Source: an uncultured virus (IMG/VR IMGVR_UViG_2905894795_000003) (Duplodnaviria > Heunggongvirae > Uroviricota > Caudoviricetes). From it: a stretch of 64,000 bases of DNA. The position numbers and the translations under genes were made by a program. The stretch lies in IMG/VR virus record IMGVR_UViG_2905894795_000003. One strand, 5' to 3'. Below are positions 57,221-64,000 of this stretch, one piece after another (within the stretch, counting starts at the first letter, position 1; every line of letters starts with the position of its first letter). Below the pieces are notes generated by a model. The model was not told where the DNA came from. It was given only the letters and a program-made list of their open reading frames with translations, and searched no databases.

Positions 57221-58478
57221 CGCCGCCTCCGTTCAGGTCACCCTCTAACACATCAAACACATCACCACCGGCATCCGCTGCCGTCCACGGACGGACGCTG
57301 TCCACATAAAGCCCGCCCGCCTCAGCGCTTAAGCCGATCACGACGCGACCGTCTCCCGCGTCAGCCACTACGCTCAGCGCCTCCCCGTGACGCAGTACGG
57401 CCAGCGGGCGCAGCAGCGCCGAGACCAGGCGCGACCACAGCCCGCCGCCAGCAACGCGTATCGCATGCGTCCGGGCGGCATCAAGCGTGATAACAGAGGA
57501 AGGCAGCGCCCCCTTACCAAGGCGCGACACAGCCACAGGTGACAGTGCGCCCACACGGCGAAAGTCGCCCGCAGACTGCGGCGTCAGCGCATTTATCCAG
57601 GCCTCCGTGTCGCGATTCATGGCCGACACCAGCCGGTTATTGCCGGTAAGCGTCTCACGCACGGCCACGGCGGCCAGACCCGGCTCAGCCTTCGCGCCTT
57701 TCTCCAGCAGCGTCTGACCGAGACCGGCCAGATAGCCGCGCCCCGGATTCAGATGAAAACCGGCGTCAGGGGTCAGCATTTGCCCCGTAACCGGATCGCG
57801 GTACGCCTGCACCGGGCGGGTCTCCCCCTGCGTACCGTAAGGCTGCTGAATTGTCACCATGCGCCCGGCACTGCTTTCCAGCCCGACCGGGTGGCGGTCA
57901 AGCTGCGCCTGCGTCAGAGCGCGCACCCAGCAGCGGCACCGGTAGCCGTTCGGCGGGTAGATGGTTGCCCAGATGGGATCGTCTGCGGCAAAGACGCGAC
58001 CATTGAGCATCGCATGCACAGGACGCGTGCGGCTGTCCATGACCGCGTCATACTCCCAGTACGGACGCTGCGCGACGGTGCGCATCTGCTGCTGATAGCG
58101 CCCGGCAGCATAGGCGGATTGAATGTTGGTGCGGAAAATGGTGTCGAGCCGGTACGGCATCAGCTTTTTACCCTGCAGCTCGCCGTGCTCATCGGCAACC
58201 AGTCCGCTGCCGAGCCAGCCCTTACGCCGCAGGGTGGGGATTAAATCATCCTGAAACTGGCTCAGCGTGCCGCCGTTCTGCAGCACGCCGGTCAGGCTCT
58301 GCTGAATATCGCTCAGCACGTCGAGCTTCGTGATGCCCGCCACGGTGAACTTCACCGCATGCGCCTCATCCTTCATGTCCGGCCAGACCAGCGTCGGCTG
58401 CAACCCCTTCGATTTAAAATAATCGATGGCCTTTTCAGGCGGCAGGGTCATGGCGAAGCCTGCGCTGACGTCACCCAT
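57210..58478 (-). CDS. head morphogenesis protein gpF-like
   Basis: IFRTN, DSRTRPVH, PPNGYRCRC. Confidence 0.92.
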   Translation of the reverse strand: MGDVSAGFAMTLPPEKAIDYFKSKGLQPTLVWPDMKDEAHAVKFTVAGITKLDVLSDIQQSLTGVLQNGGTLSQFQDDLIPTLRRKGWLGSGLVADEHGELQGKKLMPYRLDTIFRTNIQSAYAAGRYQQQMRTVAQRPYWEYDAVMDSRTRPVHAMLNGRVFAADDPIWATIYPPNGYRCRCWVRALTQAQLDRHPVGLESSAGRMVTIQQPYGTQGETRPVQAYRDPVTGQMLTPDAGFHLNPGRGYLAGLGQTLLEKGAKAEPGLAAVAVRETLTGNNRLVSAMNRDTEAWINALTPQSAGDFRRVGALSPVAVSRLGKGALPSSVITLDAARTHAIRVAGGGLWSRLVSALLRPLAVLRHGEALSVVADAGDGRVVIGLSAEAGGLYVDSVRPWTAADAGGDVFDVLEGDLNGGGDAA

Positions 58479-60036
58479 GCTGCTGCCCCAGCACATCAGC
58501 CACAAACACCGCCTGACCGACCAGGTCACGCAGCGCCGAATCATTCAGGGAGGGATAGCTGGCCGCCAGCAGCGCATAGACCTCATCGGGCGTTGACGCC
58601 GCCTTTATCCGGTCAATCAGGGGCTGCAGCATGGCCTCACTCGCGGCGGCTACCTGTGCGGCCAGCAGCTGCGGTGCAGCGTCAAGCTGCTGCTGCACCC
58701 CGTCAGTTGTGGTCTGCGGCACGGACAGCGCCGCCATCTGATGCTGCACGGCGGCGGACAGGGCCGCATCCGCGGGTAACTGACGCGTAAGGGGTTTGAG
58801 TATGGTCTGCCCCTCCTGCGGCAGCGGGATGCCGCTTTTCTCCGACAGCCACTGCTCGGTGATGCTGAAGCCCGTGGCCTGCGCTTTGATGACCATATCC
58901 ATCAGGGACAACAAATCCACGGACTCGCGGGTATCAAACTCGAAACGCGGTGCCCGGCCCGGATCATAACGGCCATTCAGGGTCAGAATGGGCCACAGCA
59001 GCTGATGCGTGAGCGTATCGGCCACGGCCAGCGCATCCCCGACCAGCAGATCGTGACGCACCTCGTTATGGATACTGCCGAGCGCATTTGTTGACGTTTT
59101 GCCATCCGCCTGACTGGTCAGCGTACCGCCCAGAATGACCTTTGACTGCACCTTCTCGCACCAGTCCACCATGTCGAAGAAAGGAGCAGACTGTCCCGCC
59201 GCAGGTGAGACCAGCTCAATGGAGGCAGTATTAGGAATAATACCGCCGCCCTCGCGGGCCATCCTGCGGATACCCTGCAGCAGCCGCAGGCGCTCATTTT
59301 CTGACATGGTGGTGTCGTATTTACCGAGGCGGAACGGCAGGCCGTACAGGTTCAGGAACTGCGCCCAGTCACGGGCGGAGAGGTTTTTGAACAGGTAGGT
59401 CCAGACCAGCACGCGAAACAGCCCACTCTGCGCGACCGGGCCTGACTTTGATTTATGCTTATGCACTATCCAGCCCAGCGACTCAAGCGCTTCACCATCA
59501 GATCCGCCCCGGTTCAGCCGCACATCGTTGAGATCGGCCTGCGGCATGGTAAACACTCTGGCGGGGCGCTTATGGAAAGCAACAGGCAGCCACACGTCAC
59601 TTCTGACGGGCCACTCCAGCTCAATGCAGGCAAAGCCGTGACCGATGGCATCCAGCAGGTCCATCATCATCTCGCGCAGGCCGGGAAGATTGCGCAGCCA
59701 CCAGTCCGCCTCTGCCGCCAGCTTCTTCTCGGCCTCGCTGGCATCAGGCGGCGGCGCAACCTTAAACGGCAGCGTCAGCAATGCCCGCTTGCGCTTGGAC
59801 AGCTCTGCGAACAGGTGGCCGTCGCGCTCTTCCATGTCGCTGAACAGGTCACTCTGTGCCTCGATATCGCCCTGTTCGGCGGCGCTGAACAGGGCATAAA
59901 CCCGATTTATATCCAGGCCGGAAGACGGGTGCGCCGGGACACCCATATACAGATAATCATCGCCGTCACCCTGCATGGGGCGGGACTGCCCGCTGCTGAA
60001 AAGGCGTTTAACCGCACCTTTAATATCCATTACCAT
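58471..60036 (-). CDS. portal protein, DUF935 / gp29-like
   Basis: MEERDGH, YGLP, ILGGTLT, HNEVR. Confidence 0.93.
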   Translation of the reverse strand: MVMDIKGAVKRLFSSGQSRPMQGDGDDYLYMGVPAHPSSGLDINRVYALFSAAEQGDIEAQSDLFSDMEERDGHLFAELSKRKRALLTLPFKVAPPPDASEAEKKLAAEADWWLRNLPGLREMMMDLLDAIGHGFACIELEWPVRSDVWLPVAFHKRPARVFTMPQADLNDVRLNRGGSDGEALESLGWIVHKHKSKSGPVAQSGLFRVLVWTYLFKNLSARDWAQFLNLYGLPFRLGKYDTTMSENERLRLLQGIRRMAREGGGIIPNTASIELVSPAAGQSAPFFDMVDWCEKVQSKVILGGTLTSQADGKTSTNALGSIHNEVRHDLLVGDALAVADTLTHQLLWPILTLNGRYDPGRAPRFEFDTRESVDLLSLMDMVIKAQATGFSITEQWLSEKSGIPLPQEGQTILKPLTRQLPADAALSAAVQHQMAALSVPQTTTDGVQQQLDAAPQLLAAQVAAASEAMLQPLIDRIKAASTPDEVYALLAASYPSLNDSALRDLVGQAVFVADVLGQQHG

Positions 60037-61697
60037 CCTCCGGAACCGAACCCACCGGATTCACCGTCGTCATAATCATCATCTATACCACCACCAGATG
60101 CCGCCCCGAGGGGAATAAACTCAAAGTTGCCCACGCTGGTTGACGCGATGGCCCACAGCATGTGCAGCGCATCCGGCCCGTCGTCATGATCGGCCATCGG
60201 AAAATGCATCAGCTGCTCACGCAGCGTGGTCAGCGCCCGGCCTATCAGGATGCGCTCGCTCTCCATAAACGGCTGCAGCGACTCAATGCGCCCTGCCTTG
60301 TCGGTGGTCGGGATCACCGCGCGGGTGGGAACCGGCACACCCGCCTTCAGGGATTCATCCATCAGGGTTTCGCGCAGAAAGTCCTGGAACTGCACCGACT
60401 CAAACGCCCACGCCACGCAGCCAAATTCACGCTGTAGGGCGATAACGTCGGTAATGATTTTTTTCGGACGACGCACCCGGATGTCGGCCCGGACCACCTT
60501 CAGCACTCTTTTAATGCGGTGCCAGCCGCCGACCAGCAGCGCGCTGGGGTCGCCACCCCGCGTGTTGTGCTTACCCAGCGACGGGTCGCAGGCACCGAAA
60601 TAAATCAGGTCGGGTTCTTCCTCATGCCACTCATGGATACAGCCATGAAATATCGCGTTTTCACCGCTGACCGGATCGTTCTGATACTCCGCATCAAAGG
60701 CGCGGGTGCCGACGCGCACGCGGATGAGCATCAGGGTCAGCAGTGGACGCGCTGACCACGAGACGCGCGACCCCTTCAGCATGGCTTTCTGGTTGCGCTT
60801 ATAAAACGCATTCGCTGCCGCTTTGCCTTTCTCCCGCAGCACCGCCTCCCAGTCGTCCCACAGCTTGAGATTGGCAGGCCAGGCGAGGATCGCCTGGAAG
60901 CGTTTCGCGTTCCAGGAGGGATTTTTCATGGTCCGCGCCAGCACCGAGTCGTAATGCAGGATCGAACCAACGTAGATCACATCCAGCTTGACGCCGGGAC
61001 CGCCGAGCGGCAGAACGGTGCTGTTCAGCCACTTCTCCAGCTTGTCGCGCTGCTTAGGCGTCACCACGTTTTCGTCGTTTTCGAGGTCATCCAGATGCAC
61101 CAGATCGGGACGATAAGCACCATGCTTGCGCCCGCGCAGGCTCTGACCCTGACCCGCCGCCTCAATTTTGATACCGCTTGCCGTCAGGATGCAGCCAATG
61201 CGCCACACGCGGCCCTGACCGCACGCCTCCGGGTAATCCATCCACAGGGCGCGGTTGTAAAGCAGTTCCGCCTTAATCACCTCCAGCGACTCCGCCGCCT
61301 GCGTGGCGGTATCAAAGGCGATAATGATGAATTTCTTCAGCTCCCGCACCACGCACCACAGGTCAAACAGCTGCTGGCTCAGCGTGGTTTTTGCCTCACC
61401 GCGCGGGGCGGCTATCACCTCGTTCTCACCCTCATCACTTGCGACCACCTGCGGCAGACGTTCAAACAGATACTCGTGCAGCAGGCTGGTTTCCGGGTGA
61501 TGGAGGTGATGCTTAAAGTAGGTATTAACGAAGAAGCGAAACCCGGTCACCGGGTCGCTGACCTGTGACCGGCGAGCTTGTATCGCCTCCGGGCTACTGT
61601 CCAGACCACAGCTTGCGCTCTCAATGCGGTCGCGCAGCTCCCCCTGAATGCGGGCTATCTTCTCCCGAAAGGCTTTAAGCGATGATTTGGACGACAC
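60030..61697 (-). CDS. terL: terminase large subunit
   Basis: APRGEAKT, LDDLE, CDPS, HDDGPDAL. Confidence 0.93.
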   Translation of the reverse strand: MSSKSSLKAFREKIARIQGELRDRIESASCGLDSSPEAIQARRSQVSDPVTGFRFFVNTYFKHHLHHPETSLLHEYLFERLPQVVASDEGENEVIAAPRGEAKTTLSQQLFDLWCVVRELKKFIIIAFDTATQAAESLEVIKAELLYNRALWMDYPEACGQGRVWRIGCILTASGIKIEAAGQGQSLRGRKHGAYRPDLVHLDDLENDENVVTPKQRDKLEKWLNSTVLPLGGPGVKLDVIYVGSILHYDSVLARTMKNPSWNAKRFQAILAWPANLKLWDDWEAVLREKGKAAANAFYKRNQKAMLKGSRVSWSARPLLTLMLIRVRVGTRAFDAEYQNDPVSGENAIFHGCIHEWHEEEPDLIYFGACDPSLGKHNTRGGDPSALLVGGWHRIKRVLKVVRADIRVRRPKKIITDVIALQREFGCVAWAFESVQFQDFLRETLMDESLKAGVPVPTRAVIPTTDKAGRIESLQPFMESERILIGRALTTLREQLMHFPMADHDDGPDALHMLWAIASTSVGNFEFIPLGAASGGGIDDDYDDGESGGFGSGGW

Positions 61698-61707
61698 TTA
61701 TCTGCCC

Positions 61708-61938
61708 TCAGTCCTGGCTGCGAGTAGACAGCGCAGCCTCAAGCTGCTTCAGCAACGCGGATTTTGCATCCCACACCGATTTGCCATAAAGACCGTCAGC
61801 CTGATGAATCTCGCCATCTTCAGTCTGCACCATCAGATAATCGCTCTGAACATACACACGAACGATGGTATCGGCTCGTACCGCATTGCGGTCGGTAAGT
61901 AAGATGAACTGGTTAACCGGCTTAACAACGTCAGCCAT
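61708..61938 (-). CDS. hypothetical protein
   Basis: 76-aa coupled ORF. Confidence 0.55.
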   Translation of the reverse strand: MADVVKPVNQFILLTDRNAVRADTIVRVYVQSDYLMVQTEDGEIHQADGLYGKSVWDAKSALLKQLEAALSTRSQD

Positions 61939-62449
61939 ATTTTTTCTCCACGATTTGCTGAAACTCCGGCAGGACATCAAGAAAGCGCACCATCAGCGCC
62001 GGATGTCTGTCACTGAGAAAGGCCGCGAAATCCTCAACCACGCCAGCGGCCACCATCAGGCGGTCGGTCTGGGGCAGAATGCGACGGCTTGCGGCCATCA
62101 TCTTGTTAAAGCCGTCCTGAAGCCCGACCAGGCGCTTTGTATATTCATCAATAGGAAGCGCTGTACCGTCCGGGCTTCCGCGCATTTTGCGCAGCTCAGC
62201 GATGGCGAACTGGTTGTGCTCCAGGTATTCCAGCATCAGCGCCGTGGCGATTTCCTCCGGCGCACCGGAACCGAGGCGACGCGCAGCACGCAACCTGTCC
62301 CAGTCGTCGCCGGTATCCCGTGCCTCTCTGCGCCAGCGGATCACGGTGGCCACGCCTACACCGTGCATCGGCCCCAGCACCTCCGGGGCCATGCCCTGTG
62401 TGATGTAGTCACGGCGGACCGCATCACGCACTTCTTTGCCATGCGCCAT
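61931..62449 (-). CDS. DUF1804-family protein, putative small terminase
   Basis: MAH...VRRDY, GDDWD; upstream of terL. Confidence 0.8.
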   Translation of the reverse strand: MAHGKEVRDAVRRDYITQGMAPEVLGPMHGVGVATVIRWRREARDTGDDWDRLRAARRLGSGAPEEIATALMLEYLEHNQFAIAELRKMRGSPDGTALPIDEYTKRLVGLQDGFNKMMAASRRILPQTDRLMVAAGVVEDFAAFLSDRHPALMVRFLDVLPEFQQIVEKKYG

Positions 62450-62712
62450 CAGTGACTACCCGACCCGCTGATCAGCCTGTCAATCCGCTCAGTCGTGCGC
62501 TCCATTGACGACTTGATCTCCGCCAGCATCGACATAATCTGCTCCTGATCGCGAACGGCGTCGGACTTGAGCTGATACAGCTCGCGCATGCGGATATTCT
62601 CTTTACGAAGCTCATCAATAGCGCCGTGCAGACTTTTAACCCAGTAGGTCAGGCCGCTGGCAACCAGGCCGAAAAAAAGCGTCTGTAGCGTGTCCAATGA
62701 AATTAACTCCAT
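62449..62712 (-). CDS. single-TM coiled-coil protein (Mu gp25-like position)
   Basis: N-terminal TM then coiled coil. Confidence 0.6.
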   Translation of the reverse strand: MELISLDTLQTLFFGLVASGLTYWVKSLHGAIDELRKENIRMRELYQLKSDAVRDQEQIMSMLAEIKSSMERTTERIDRLISGSGSH

Positions 62713-62713
62713 G

Positions 62714-63034
62714 TTATTTGCCCTCCGGCCAGAAAAACGCTTCCAGCGCTTTCAGCTTCGCCGCATTCGCCTGACACCAGGCACCATAGTCTGCTGCGTG
62801 ACGTAACAGCGCTGCCGGAGGCAGGCCAGACGCCTTGCCCGCATACGCGGACGGGGCGGGCGGCATCGTGCCGACCGAGACCATCGCGCGCGGCGGCTTC
62901 ATCGCCTGCTCAATGACCGGCGCGGGCGTCACCGTTACCGTATCCAAGGGCGTTTTCGTAGAGCTGCACCCCGTGAGGACCAAGCCCGTTAAAACCACAG
63001 CCGCCAGCCTTACCCGCTGTCGCATTGTCATCAC
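62714..63034 (-). CDS. outer-membrane spanin lipoprotein
   Basis: LVLTGC lipobox, Pro-rich, overlaps i-spanin. Confidence 0.78.
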   Translation of the reverse strand: MMTMRQRVRLAAVVLTGLVLTGCSSTKTPLDTVTVTPAPVIEQAMKPPRAMVSVGTMPPAPSAYAGKASGLPPAALLRHAADYGAWCQANAAKLKALEAFFWPEGK

Positions 63035-63380
63035 TGATCGCCTTATCTATCTGCGTGCCGAGCAGCAGCCTGGCCTGCGCCAGCTCAGCCGTTTTATCCG
63101 CCAGCGTGGCCGCGAGCGCATCCGCCCGAGACTGCTGTGCCTGTTCACTCTGGCGCGCCTTAAGCAGCGCGGCGGTTGTCGCTTCACTGATACGCTGGCG
63201 CTCGTCAGAACGGGCTTTTTTCTCGCTGGCCAGCGCCACGTCACCGGCGCTTTTCGCCGCTGCGAAACCCGACTGATAACCGCTGTGACGCAGCCACCAC
63301 ACACTACCCGCAAGTACCGCGCACAGCAGTACACCCGGTAAAATCCGCGTTAAACACCACTTAATCAGCGCCGCGCTCAT
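62910..63380 (-). CDS. inner-membrane spanin
   Basis: N-terminal TM and Ala-rich coiled coil. Confidence 0.78.
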   Translation of the reverse strand: MSAALIKWCLTRILPGVLLCAVLAGSVWWLRHSGYQSGFAAAKSAGDVALASEKKARSDERQRISEATTAALLKARQSEQAQQSRADALAATLADKTAELAQARLLLGTQIDKAISDDNATAGKAGGCGFNGLGPHGVQLYENALGYGNGDARAGH

Positions 63381-63636
63381 CCGGCTTACCTCTTGGCTTA
63401 CCAGCTTCAGGTGGATCATCGTCCGCCTTGCTGTCGTGATATTTCTGGACCCCGGCATGCGCAACCCATGCACCGACGTAGACCGCCAGTGCGTCCACCG
63501 GCGCATGATTCCAGTACGCACACATCAGGACCACCGCCGAACTGACCAGCAGGGCCGTCAGCGTGGTGGCGTCCGTTGTTGAAAGCTGCCCCTGACGGTT
63601 GGAGACCAACTCCGGCAGGCGTTTAAGAAAGCCCAT
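63361..63636 (-). CDS. putative holin-like membrane protein
   Basis: GQLSTT motif and two TM segments upstream of spanins. Confidence 0.55.
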   Translation of the reverse strand: MGFLKRLPELVSNRQGQLSTTDATTLTALLVSSAVVLMCAYWNHAPVDALAVYVGAWVAHAGVQKYHDSKADDDPPEAGKPRGKPDERGAD

Positions 63637-63656
63637 TGCAATGACCCCGCGCCACA

Positions 63657-63863
63657 TCAGCGCCTCAGCCTGCGTTCCAGGCGGCAAAGCGCCTCTGGAA
63701 TAAATGTCACGTACACAAGCAGGGTCGCCAATACCACTAATGAAACTGACCAGCTAAAACCGGCAGCAAAATGCCACATAAGCAAGGTAAAGGCCGAATA
63801 ACCCACATTCAGAAACCACATATCAAGCCAGAGTTGCCAGCAGGCTTTCAGGTAGTCTTTCAT
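63657..63863 (-). CDS. small hydrophobic hypothetical protein
   Basis: 68-aa two-TM ORF; start uncertain. Confidence 0.35.
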   Translation of the reverse strand: MKDYLKACWQLWLDMWFLNVGYSAFTLLMWHFAAGFSWSVSLVVLATLLVYVTFIPEALCRLERRLRR

Positions 63864-64000
63864 GCCGGATACGCTGCAAAAGGAAGCTGGAAATGCGCAC
63901 CATCTTTGAGCGTGGTCCAGCTGCCGCCCCATTCAACAGGGATAGAGAGATCGGCAGACGCCTGTTTAAAGGCGATATTAATCTGTTCATAGAGGGACCA

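Larger units (their letters stand above)
3133..64000 (-). mobile_element. Mu-like transposable prophage (right end to lysis region), interrupted by the 6076-41337 element; continues beyond window
   Basis: TG terminus with repeated binding sites at 3133; Mu-type gene order gp27-gp48 at 41.4-62.5 kb; the same late-promoter motif at 4404-4450, 44704-44750 and 56526-56572. Confidence 0.88.

Noticed and set aside
43754..63341. Many long plus-strand ORFs opposite the Mu-like structural genes (also 15985..16674 and 9337..9981)
   Set aside because: Antisense shadows of GC-rich or Thr/Ala-rich genes with no recognisable motifs
1..64000. CRISPR array, tRNA, rRNA, integrase or IS transposase
   Set aside because: None recognised by eye; the Mu-like transposase is expected beyond the right edge

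Overview
The window starts with enterobacterial (Pantoea/Erwinia-like) chromosomal genes: amn, then the MATE transporter yeeO, which is cut at ~3132 by the right end of a Mu-like transposable prophage (TG terminus and three ~21-bp transposase-type sites). The Mu-like prophage is in two pieces: its right-end module (3133-~6074: adenine methylase, small genes, tail fibre chaperone) and its late region (41339-64000: tail, head, terminase, spanins; it continues past the window edge). Between the pieces lies a ~35.2 kb segment (6076-41337) bounded by N gaps and by an 89-bp terminal direct repeat inside a tail-fibre-assembly gene shared by both phages. This segment looks like a complete circular phage-plasmid. 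It has a cos/HK97-type head, an SfV/Mu-type contractile tail with Ig-like domains, lysis genes, Q, and cI/cro, but no integrase and no phage O/P replication genes. Instead it carries an IncFII-type replicon (CopA-like antisense RNA, Tap leader, RepA, DnaA box, Ter-like sites), ParA plus an RHH partner, a RelE/HigB-type TA pair, an XerCD site, a solo Tn3-type end, about 11 dispersed 8-bp-period AT arrays, and a non-cleavable repressor with a LexA-boxed small gene. Whether it is truly co-integrated or a mis-scaffolded episome cannot be decided from this sequence. All family calls come from motif recognition, not database searches.
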